Positions 13,433-23,768 of a DNA stretch of 64,000 nucleotides are shown piece by piece. Under the pieces are notes generated by a model, which saw nothing but the letters and a program-made list of their open reading frames with translations, did not search any database and was not told the origin of the DNA. Numbering within the stretch: the stretch's first letter is position 1; each line of letters begins with the position of its first letter. The translations under genes and the position numbers were made by a program. This DNA comes from Octopus bimaculoides (taxonomy: Eukaryota), in contig NC_068981.1 of NCBI RefSeq assembly GCF_001194135.2, positions 130,249,249 through 130,313,248 of the forward strand. The letters run 5' to 3'.

Positions 13433-14258
13433 CTAAAATAAGAAACAATAATCAGTTACTTGTACTGAATAAATATAAGCTTTAAAAATAAAAAATAGAA
13501 GTTGAAGAATAAAATTATGAGAAACAATACACAAGTGTGCAAAACACTAGTATATGTATACTTCAAGAACAAAATTATATATAGATGGAAGAAAAATTAA
13601 ATGCAGACATAAGTTAAATTACTTATATAATAAGTTTAGCTAATTTGTGTATTTATATAAACCCTATTTTATGTTACTAATTGTTGTAGTTATGATTTGT
13701 AATAGTAGAATGTGTATAAATTAGCATGAGATTATAAAGGATATATTACATATTTAGAATAAGATGTTTATAAAATAAATAAATAAATTAATTAATTAAT
13801 GAAAATAGATTAAATTATTGTAATTTAACTTCATTTATATATATTATATATTTTAAGTATTTTAGATTTAAGTTATTTAGACTTTAGAATTTTCAAGTAA
13901 ATGATATACTACAGTTAATTTTTTTCTTATTCTCACATCTAAAATACATTATGTCATCTTAATGGTCTAAATATATATTTCTATCTCATTATTCCATAAT
14001 TTTTTTATTTACACTGTATTTTCACGTGATATATTTCTTATAAACGCTAAGTTCTACGTATTACATTTACAATTTTAGTTTAACAGTAATTCTTCGATAA
14101 GTTATGATTTTATTTTAAGAAATATTGTTAAATGTTTCTCGATTATTTATTTATTTATTGTTAAAACAAGTATTTTTTAAATATATTTATTTGATATTTA
14201 TTATAAGTTACAATACGTACATTGATTTTTTAATTATTATTATTTTTATTTTATTTTA

Positions 14259-14374
14259 GACCTGATGAGTGACTATATTTTTGAACAGATTTAATTGTAG
14301 ATCAATTTGATTATTAATCGAATTGGTTTTATTAGTTATCTGTTTGAAAATATAGCCATGAAACGTGTGTAGTC
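14259..14374 (+). ncRNA. Type I hammerhead ribozyme with very long stem II
   Basis: GAC CTGATGA [91-nt hairpin with 22-bp basal stem gtgactatatttttgaacagat/atctgtttgaaaatatagccat] GAAA CGTGTG TA GTC; GUA triplet; stem I GAC/GTC. Confidence 0.7.
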
Positions 14375-14699
14375 ATTTTTATACCATTTACTAGTTATTC
14401 TTTTATGTACATTATTGATTTTTAGAATAGGGTTTTTACGATATATTTATTTTCTAGAGGGTATGAATTACATTCTTCATTATTGAATTATTTAATAGTG
14501 GTTTTTCTCTAAATTATATACATATTTTATATTGGGAAATTTGATTTAGTATTGCTAAATTNNNNNNNNNNNNNNNNNNNNNNNNNNNNNNNNNNNNNNN
14601 NNNNNNNNNNNNNNNNNNNNNNNNNNNNNNNNNNNNNNNNNNNNNNNNNNNNNNNNNNNNNNNNNNNNNNNNNNNNNNNNNNNNNNNNNNNNNNNNNNN

Positions 14700-14948
14700 C
14701 AGGGATATTCAGCGTGACACAGTGTGACAAGGCTGACCCTTTGAATTACAGGCACAACAGAAACAGGAAGTAAGAGTGAGAGAAAGTTGTGGTGAAAGTA
14801 CAGCAGGGTTCGCCACCATTCCCTGCCGGAGCCTCGTGGAGCTTTAGGTGTTTTCGCTCAATAAACACTCACAACGCCCGGTCTGGGAATCGAAACTGAT
14901 CCTATGACCACGAGTTCGCTGCCCTAACCACTGGGCCATTGCGCCTCC
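14700..14948 (-). mobile_element. Same tRNA-derived SINE, 5' half (remainder in gap)
   Basis: Near-identical to 42350-42600. Confidence 0.8.
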
Positions 14949-14952
14949 ACAC

Positions 14953-14988
<36 letters not shown>

Positions 14989-15359
14989 CTCACTCATTTC
15001 ACATTGCTCCAGTCCACTCAGCAGTAAATGAGCAATCCTGTGATGCGCTGGCGCAATATTCAGTGAGAATATTATGATTTCAGTCACTTATATGCCATGG
15101 AAACTGGGTAACAAACCCAATGAGTCTTAGAAATCAAGATAGCACTTTCCTATAGTATCTTTACTATATATGTGTTTGGTTGCTCCACTTATTAGAATAA
15201 GCAGCCAAGTAACCCTTAAACTATCCTCTTCAGTCTTTAAAAAAAATAAGAGTTCAACTGATCTTATAACAAATAAAATCTAACTTCTTTTTAATGTAAT
15301 TGCATAACTGGATGACAGAAACCAAGAGCAATACATAAGGGTGAAATAACCTCAATTAG

Positions 15360-15742
15360 AATGTTCAAAGCAAATAAGCAATTTCAATAATGGATAGCAA
15401 AAAGGAAGGCACTTGTGCCGTGGCACGTGAAAAGACATTCGAGCAAGGTCGTTGCCAGTGCTGCTGGACTGGCTCCTGTGCAGGTGGCACATAAAATACA
15501 CCATTTTGAGCGTGGCCGTTGCTAGTACTGCCTGACTGGCCATCGTGCCGGTGGCACGTAAAAGCACCCACTACACTCTCGGAGTGGTTGGCGTTAGAAA
15601 GGGCATCCAGTTGTAGAAACTCTGCCAAATCAGATTGGAGCCTGGTGTAGCCATGTGATTCGCCAGTCCTCAGTCAAATCGTCCAACCCATGCTAGCATG
15701 GAAAGCAGACGTTAAACGATGATGATGATGATGATGATGATG
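15360..15742 (+). mobile_element. RTE-tail short element (LINE 3' end or RTE-mobilised SINE)
   Basis: Ends ccaacccatgctagcatggaaagc.gacgttaaacgat(GAT)n, the same 3' end as the RTE LINE at 38350. Other copies at about 5869-5970, 8280-8385, 18545-18865, 28493-29010, 31318-31610, 41575-41880, 49465-49870, 50040-50345, 50761-50945 and 52170-52490. Confidence 0.8.
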
Positions 15743-15750
15743 AATATTAC

Positions 15751-15827
15751 CTTTTCAAATGCATTTTTAGATGGAAGATATTCAAGGATGACAATCCTTC
15801 CAGAATCAGATCCAACAATAATATAAT
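15751..15827 (-). CDS. SF3B3: SF3B3 coding exon 2
   Basis: (D)[25 protein letters not shown]; ttttcag acceptor, AAG|gtaata donor; 77 nt, phase 1 to 0. Confidence 0.97.
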
Positions 15828-16939
15828 CTGAAAAGAAACAGATTTTGAAATTAGAGAGTGGAAAATTTTAGATAAAGAAAAGGTGTACAAATGGAGTGGA
15901 AAATATTAACAGTGAAAAACAATAGTTCTTTCATTTCACACACTATCTATGTCCAAATCACAAATCACACACGATATCAAAACATGCTTTCTCTAAGGGT
16001 TTGTAAATATACATACGGAAATCCTTACAAAAGTTTATAAAAAAAGTGAAATAGAAGACTCATTATTCTGTGGAGAAACTAATATTCTTTTACCAGTTTC
16101 ACCTCTATCAATTATTAAAACTGTTTGTGTTTTATGCACGAGAGAAAGAGAAAAGGAGGCAGTGACCAACAAGAAAAGGAGGCAGGACCTCTATCAGTCC
16201 AAGCTGACTGAATCTACACATATCTGTACAAGCCTGAACTAGATTTTTTTGTAAGAAGACTGACACTTGTCCATGCAGATAAGTCTCTCATCTCCATGAC
16301 ACCAATGTTTATCCAAGGGAAAGGCTGCCAACTTTATCCAATACAGCTTGGCATTGCTTCCAGCACACAAAATGTTGGAACAGCTACTACTAAGTAATTT
16401 GCTAGATCCTCTAACGCCACCAAATCTTATGCTGGATTGGTAATTTTTTAATGACTCAAAAAGGGTGACAAAGATAAGAACTCAGAACACAGACAGTACT
16501 GTGAGGCATAATAACAATTCCAATTCACCACTTTCAAGACGAGGTAATTAACACAAGAGAAGCAAACTCAATTTTTACATCGGGTGATTTACTCTATAGC
16601 AAGCATTCAGATCAGGTTTCTATTCTAAGGATAAATTCTTCCTTAGATGCCCTAAAATGAGGTTATAGATGCTATCCTTCCTCATATGATTAACATTGAG
16701 AAAAATACAAAACAAAGCAAATTATTTTGGGGTCATTACCAACAAGTGTGTATAGAAATCCTATCACACTTGTCAAAAGGAAAATGAAGTTAGTTAAAGC
16801 TATATAAAGGAAAGTAATTGTTCTACCAACAATAAAATGTTATAGTTTCAGGTTCTCAACAGTTGCACTTTAATAAAATCATAATTAGAGTTAGCTATTG
16901 ATAAAAGTCTGAAAAAAAAAAGAAAAAAAATTAACTTAC

Positions 16940-17165
16940 CTTTAGTTCCACCTGTAAGTCGAAAAGGTAACAAAGCTCTTATCACACCAAATATCTCAAC
17001 AGTTAAAATAGTGTAGACTTTCCCTGTGTTAGGGTCAGGGCGCAAAAGCTCTAAGATTTTGCCCCTCGATACAATAACTTCCTGCTGTTTAGTTCCAGAG
17101 AAATTACCATGGACAGCTTGAGTTATTCCTGTTGCTCGTTGTAATGTCAAATTGTACAGAAACAT
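16940..17165 (-). CDS. SF3B3: Splicing factor 3B subunit 3, first coding exon (exon extends to 17173 with 8 nt of UTR)
   Basis: MFLYNLTLQRATGITQAVHGNFSGTKQQEVIVSRGKILELLRPDPNTGKVYTILTVEIFGVIRALLPFRLTGGTK is the SF3B3/SAP130 N-terminus. Acceptor ttcag|GCATCACCATG; donor AAAG|gtaagt; 226 coding nt. Confidence 0.98.
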
Positions 17166-20100
17166 GGTGATGCCTGAAGTAAAATGAAAATGGAAAACAT
17201 GAGTATATAGCAGGAAAAAATTTCAGTGTAGATGAAGCAATGATAGGTTAAGGGTAGGATACATTTCTGGCAATACATGCCTATTAAACCCACCAATTGC
17301 TGCTTCAAGATGTGGGAGGTTTGTGAATTGGATATGGGCTAGAATGCAGACTTTAATATTTACGTGGGATAAAAACATAATAGATGAAGACAAAATGGAT
17401 TAGGACATGATGTTGAATTGTCTTTAACTGACCCCTTTCATCAACACAGGCCAATTCTATTTTAACTGTTTTTCTGAAGTGATTCTGACAGAATAACTTG
17501 CTTTAAAGAACATGTATACCTACAGTACAATAAGGGGCAATTACAAAGGGCTACCTCAAGAAACAAAATTTACTAAGTTGATGGCACATTTTCCAGATGT
17601 AAAAGGGAAACATGCTAACCACCTTATACAAGGACAAATGTATATTTCTGTGAGGCTAGTGCTACTGATCATCAACATCATCATTATTTAACACCTATAT
17701 TCCATGCTGGCATGGGTTGGACAGTTTGACAGGATCCAATCTGTTCAAGGATCATATTGAGCTCCTGGTTTTTGTCATCTCTGTCAGGCTTAGGATCCTG
17801 AGGTCAGCATTCACCAGTTCATACCATGACTATCTGGACTTCACCTCTTCCACAACTTACAGCTACATTAAGCAAATGGCACTTCTTTATACAGCTGTCC
17901 TCATCCATATGCATTTCATGTCCATACCACATGTTGATGCTGAAGGTAAGCAAGCCTACTATAAATATTGCATATAATAAACACATGTTATTGATAATCC
18001 AACCAATATCAAGCTTGTTACCTATTTGGAAAGCCTGGAAAGAAATGGTGGGATACATTTCGTAGCTTTTAGCCAATTTAACTATAGTGAATTCTTTTAT
18101 TGCATGCATGAAAAGTTATATGGTACCACTACCACCAAAAGACTACCATCACATGAAATTTTGTGTTGATTTTGCATCTTAGTTACACAGAGGCTACTCT
18201 TCCCAAATGCAAAGGGCTAGAAAAAAAGTAAAATTGACTGATGTGGATATAAACAGAGAATAATGATTTCTGTAAGATTGAGAAAAAAATGATAGGAATG
18301 AAGTGTGTAGAATGTGTTCATTGTAAAAGAGAAAAACTGCTAAAGACTATCAAGTTGAAACCTCTTTTAGAGATTTGTTTTGTGAAGTGCCAATGTGTAA
18401 AATGGGCTTTGGATTAATTTCATGGCAGAAATACAACATGAAAATATTTTATTAAATCTGTAGTTTGAGAGAAATGCAATTATCATATAATTCTTACATT
18501 TGAACACAATGTATGAAAATGGGAGATCTCTATATGTGCCAATCCCTAACTGTGGAGGGAACCAGTAGAAGAGGTAGAGCCAGGAAGACATGGGACGAGG
18601 TGGTGAAGCATGATCTTCGGGTGTTGGATCTCACAGAGGCGATGACAAGTGATTGAGACTTTTGGCAATTTGCTGTGCTTGAGAAGACTTGTCAAGCCAA
18701 GTGAGATCGTAGTCATGGCCAGTGCCAGTGACATGTAAAAAGGCACTCACTACACTCTTGCAGTAGGAAGGGCGTCCAGCTGTAGAAACCAAGCCAAATC
18801 AGACTGGAGCTTAGTGCAGTTCCAGTCAAACCATCTAACTCATGCCAGCATGGAAAACAGATGCTAATTGATATTAACTTTCATTATGTACACACCTATA
18901 CTAATTCATGTTTCCTGTTAATAAGCTTTTTTATTGGACACAGTTTACTAAGTAAATTATCTGAGTAGACTACCATTAGTATATTGACTAATAAAAGAGT
19001 TTTGTACTTTCTTTTAAATGGAAATGTTTGAATGAAATATAGAGAAAGAATGAAATTTTGTATTGATTATACCTACTCTCAAGATGAGACAAAATTGCTG
19101 GAGGTCAACATTTGGGTCGTTGTTGGGTAATTTTAATAACAAAACGAAACATGTACGAGAGATAAAGATTCAATTTTATTGTTTACTCTTTTACTTGTTT
19201 CAGCCATTTGACTGCGGCCATGCCTTTAGTCGAGCAAATCAACCCCAGGACTTATTCTTTGGAAGCGTAGTACTTATTCTATCGGTCTCTTTTGCTGAAC
19301 CGCTAAGTTACAGGGACGTAAACACACCACCATCGGTTGTCAAGCGATGCTGGGGGGACAAACACAGACACACAAACATACACACTTGCCCAAGGTGCCA
19401 CACAGTGGGAATGAACCCGGAACCATGTGGTTGGTAAGCAAGCTACTTACCACACAGCCACTCCTGTTCGTTCATAAAGTCATTGCTTTTACACCTATTA
19501 ACTAATTTCACCTGTTCATATAAAGCAAATTTAACAAAAAAAAAAACATCAGGTAAAAATACATAACCATAAATCACTGGTATTTAAACACCTACGCACA
19601 AAATATCAAGTCTGTATGTAACAAAATTAACAAGGTTACAAGCAATTATTGTTGATCCCTGTTTTGAGTATGATTAACACAAAATAGTGTGAATAAGCAT
19701 TATGCTTGACAGAGTAAGCTAAATGCTCAAGGGTTAAAAGTATCTTTTATCTTTTACTCATTTCAGTCATTAGACTGTGGCCATGCTGGGGCACCACCTT
19801 AAAGAATTTTAAGTCAAATGTATTGACCCCAGTACTTATCTTTTTCAAGCCTAGTACTTTGATACATATTTTATCAGTCTCTTTCACTAAACAACTAAGT
19901 TATGGGACATAAGCATACCGACACTGGTTGTCAAGTGGTGGCAGTCAGACACACACACATATATATAATACAATGGGATTCTTTCAATTTTTGTCTACCA
20001 TATCCACTCACAAGACTTTGGTTGGCCCAGGGCTGTAGATGACACTTGCCTAAGGTTCCACGCAGTGGGACAGAACCTGGAACCATGTGGCTGGAAATTC

Positions 20101-20238
20101 AAGGCTTCTTACCATACAGCCATGCCTCAATATATAAAGGTTTTTTGATACACATCTAAGTTGCATATTTTTGAGTTAACAGACAATCCTCACTTAAGAA
20201 TACTCTTTAGTCTATCAACTGATGAACAAATAAATGCA

Positions 20239-20464
20239 TTAACCCTTTTCTTACCAACCTGGCTGAAACAGGCTCTGGCTCTATAGTACAAATGCCTTGT
20301 TTTCAAAAGTTCTGAATTAAAACCTGCCAAACCTTAGTCACAATTTATGTTCCTAACACTAGCTTAATGATAACTAAGTCATTTTACTAAATTCTTTGTT
20401 ATATCAAAAATAATTGAAAGAAAAACAGAGCATCTCAAAATAAATACAGTAATGGAAGGGTTAA
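20239..20464. mobile_element. piggyBac-type MITE, complete
   Basis: TTAA CCCTT...AAGGG TTAA; a related partial copy lies at about 28136-28310. Confidence 0.8.
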
Positions 20465-20794
20465 TAACTATGTCAAATGGAACTTCAGCACCAATTTGGC
20501 ATTGATGTAGAAGAAATGAAGAACCACAAGCTAAATTTAAATCTCAGGCAGAAAATAATGTAGCTATGGTTCTTAATGGTGAACACAATAATATGAGCAG
20601 ATCAAACAAAGACACAAGTATTGATAATGAAGAAAATGCAGAATCAGTCCCTCTAGCTTTGGATGATATTCCAGACTCAATAAAGATTGTGATTTGACAA
20701 TACAAGAACAAACATTCCAAACAGTTAGACACAATTCTTGGAATAATGACAGGAATTAAACCAATTCTGTTCTGAGAAATATGTTAACATTACT

Positions 20795-21455
20795 GAAGGT
20801 GGCGAGCTGGCAGAATCGTTAGCATGCTGGGCGAAATGCTTAGCGGTATTTCATCTGCCGCTATATTCTGAGTTCAAATTCTGCTGAGGTCGACTTTGCC
20901 TTTCATCCTTTCGGGGTCGATAAATTAAGTACCAGTTACGCACTGGGGTCGATGTGATCGACTTAATCCCTTTGTTTGTCCTTGTTTGTCCCCTCTATGT
21001 TTAGCCCCTTGTGGGCAATAAAGAAATAAGAAACATTAGCACTCCGGGCAAAATGCTTATTGATATTTCATGTCTTTACGTTCTGAGTTCAAATTCCGCC
21101 AAGATTGACTTTGCCTTTCATCCTTTTGGGGTTGATAAATTAAGTAACAGTTGCATGCTGGGGTCAATCTAATTGACTGCCCCCTCCCCCAAAATTTCGG
21201 GCCTTGTGCCTGGAGTAGAAAAGAACATTACTGTATAAGGCAGTGAGCTGGCAGAATCGTTAGCACACTAGGCAAAATGCTTAACAGCTTTTCATCCATC
21301 TTTACATTCTGAGTTCAAATTTTGCTGAGGTCAACTTTGCCTTTCATCCTTCCAGGGTGAATAAAATAAGTACCAGTTGAGGACTGGGGGTTGATGTAAT
21401 CAACTTATCCCTTTTCCCAAACTCACTGGCCTTGAGCCAAGATTTGAAACCAATA
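20795..21455 (+). mobile_element. Three tandem copies of a tRNA-derived SINE with a Nin-like central domain
   Basis: Head ggcgagctggcagaatcgttagc...gagttcaaattc; central gactttgcctttcatcctttcggggtcgataaa..agtaccag; flanked by attact at both ends. Other copies at about 7555-8225 (three, minus), 11505-11700, 27195-27725, 33225-33430, 38130-38345, 46345-46560, 56385-56600 and 62930-63075. Confidence 0.8.
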
Positions 21456-22208
21456 TTACTGTATGCATTTTACATATCCACATGTGACTGGATTTATCTA
21501 ATGTAGCTAATAGTTTGATATAACAGCTTGGATATTCTGACGAATAAAACTTCTGAATGTAAATAATCACATCTCAATTGTGACTGTATTTAGATAAATG
21601 CTGTATGACATGACAGGTAGGCAGTGATGAACAAATGACTTCAGCTGGTTGCAAGAATGAACCAGAAAATATATATAGCCGACCTAAGCATGTTTTTCAG
21701 TTTGCTGAGTTGAGACAAGGTTGTGCTGAAGTGGATGATTCATCCACTTAATTGGCTTGTAATATTTTGAGAATTATCTTGCAGCTCATACTGGATTCTG
21801 TGATTTGATGCTTTGGTAATGAATTTTGGAAATGCAATTTCATGAGACTAGATAGGCTGCATTATGTAACTACAATCAGAATTTGCATAGCTGATTGCAA
21901 CACACAAGCACAATGGCAAGTCTTTAGCTTCTTATGCATAAAGGAACCTATCTTTTGTGATAAGGGTTTACTTTACAGAAAATGTCAGAAGCAATTCACA
22001 TAGTGTAATGTGGCTTTATCTGAAATAGTGTTAAGTCATGACGGTAAGTGTCTGATAAATGTTACTATAGAAATGAGTTTAGTTACCTTTAAATGTGGAA
22101 TGAATTCCAAACCTTAATATGAGTGTTTGTAGTAGTTAATAGAGCTGCAATACACAAACTAAAAACATTATTTACATTTGACAGATATTTGTCATCATGT
22201 TTGTTGTT

Positions 22209-22254
22209 AACACAACGTTTCGGCTGATGTACTCTCCAGCCTTCATCAGGTATC
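22209..22254 (-). ncRNA. Minimal type I hammerhead ribozyme (intact core)
   Basis: GAUAC CUGAUGA A GGCUG-GAGAGUACAU-CAGCC GAAA CG UU GUGUU. Stem I has 5 bp with G-U pairs, stem II has 5 perfect bp, and stem III is a minimal palindrome (AACGUU). Confidence 0.75.
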
Positions 22255-22651
22255 CTGGGGGAATTTCAAGCCTGGGTTCTCATTCCTAAAGTATTTTCCC
22301 AATGTTCTTATTATTATTCAGGTCACTGCTTGGAATCGAACTTAGAATCTTGGGGTTAGTAGTCCGCGCTCTTAACCACTATGCCATATGGAGTGAATTT
22401 TAGGGCTTATAAATCTAATATTTTCCTATCCTTCCTTAATACCGGTTCCCATATGCTACTCATATCTGCACTAGGTCTGCTTAAGAGGTTATTATGTCCT
22501 AGCATATGTGCTGCCTCTTTTAGTTTTTGTATTTTCCAGTGGTGTTCTCTGTCTATTATTTTAACTTCATCCCACCTGAATAATAATAATAATAAGAATA
22601 ACATTGGGAAAATACCTTAGGAATGAGAACCTAGGTTCGAATGTCCCCCAG

Positions 22652-22694
22652 GACACCTGATGAAGGCTGGAGAATACATCAACCGAAACGTGTT
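22652..22694 (+). ncRNA. Degenerate inverted copy of the same hammerhead
   Basis: GACAC CTGATGA A GGCTG..CAACC GAAACG TGTT: one stem II mismatch and a 3-nt deletion at the cleavage triplet. Confidence 0.5.
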
Positions 22695-23567
22695 AACAAC
22701 AAACAAGATGAGGACAAATATCCATCGAATGTAAATAATGTACATAATTCCTCATCTCTCAAATATAGAATTGTACAAACTAAAAATATTGGTAGAATTG
22801 ATTTACTATGACATTTGCTGCAGAGATGATAATCAGTTATTCTGGTGTCCAACCGAGGAAACCAAGAAGTAAACAGACAATTCAAAATGTCTTTGATTAA
22901 TTATTATTGCTCTGAGTGTACCAAACATTAACACTCGGTTTTAAACATAAACAATGATGAGTGCTCTACAGTGATGCTGGGCAAAGATGAGTGAAACCAG
23001 TAAAAGAACAATATAATTAATAATATTATCCTTTTTCTTTTACTTGTTTCAGTCATTGGACTGTGGCCATGCTGGGCACCGCCTTGAAGAATCTTAAATT
23101 GAATGAATCAACTGTAGAACTCTTTTTTTAAACCTGGTACTTATTCTATTAATCTCTCTTGCCAAACTGTTAAGTTACAGGGAGGTAAACAGGCCAACAC
23201 CGGTTGTCAAGAGGTGACGAGGGAGAGGCAAACAGACACAATGACACACACACATATACAACAGGCTTCTTTCAGTTTCCATCAACCAAATCCACTCACA
23301 AGGCTTTGGTTGGCCCAAGGCTATAGTAGAAAACACTTGCCCAAGGTGCCACACAATGGAACTGAATCTGGAACTACGTGGTTGGGAAGCAATCTTCTTA
23401 CCACACAACCACATTCTTAATATATATATTCTGACAGATCTGAGTGTGAATACGTGATTGCTGTTCTTTATCAAAAAACACACCTTCCTTTAGATAATGT
23501 GTGTTTATAACATTCATATAACAATATAACGAGTGCAAGGACACTGAGACACTGTGATGTTTTGCCC

Positions 23568-23768
23568 TTGTGTGTCTCCTCAGACAAAGCTGCCCTGCTA
23601 TTGTTTGAATTCTTGCTGTTCTGAGTGCACCCCATAAATGATTATCTGTTTGGCAGACAAGAGCACATATCAGTAAATAATTTGTTTGCTGAGTTTTATA
23701 AACAAAAGCTTGTGCTCTTGTTAGATTCATCAATCTGGCAAGATAGATTTGACTGAGGAGACACACAA
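23568..23768. repeat. Nested inverted repeats (fold-back or MITE-like)
   Basis: Outer ttgtgtgtctcctcagacaaa / tttgactgaggagacacacaa; inner acaagagcaca / tgtgctcttgt. Confidence 0.7.

Larger units (their letters stand above)
20128..22117 (+). pseudogene. Decayed unidentified ORF (about 365 codons) interrupted by a MITE and a SINE triplet
   Basis: The frame continues across removal of 20243-20464 and of about 20795-21460; low stop density in 20128-20794 and 21617-22114; no recognisable domain. Confidence 0.45.
22165..22772 (-). mobile_element. Penelope-like element fragment with inverted terminal (pLTR) repeats
   Basis: Minus-strand WDEVKIIDREHHWKIQKLKEAAHM is the C-terminal end of a GIY-YIG endonuclease. 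About 145-bp inverted repeats (about 22172-22322 and 22575-22737) each carry a hammerhead core. Confidence 0.8.

Noticed and set aside
15365-15628. Recurrent short ORFs such as MAEFLQLDALSNANH..., ...CHTVGLNLEPCGW and MIFTWLDGSSQA
   Set aside because: These are translations of non-coding SINE and RTE-tail repeats, not genes.
200-17173. Homolog of the vertebrate SF3B3-intronic snoRNAs SNORD111/111B
   Set aside because: I searched for the guide (plus-strand GAAGAGACATGA) and C/D box pairs. The partial matches at 8985 and 12355 lack boxes; none is supported. An Infernal scan would be decisive.
20128-22117. Idea that A-to-I editing could convert the stops of the decayed ORF to Trp and make it functional
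   Set aside because: It would need 13 edits plus removal of two insertions and a frameshift; mutational decay is far more parsimonious.
22331-22393. tRNA genes (also at 42530-42600, 57725-57800 and 53265-53320)
   Set aside because: A/B boxes are present but the cloverleaf is incomplete and each runs into a repeat body, so they are SINE or TE heads.
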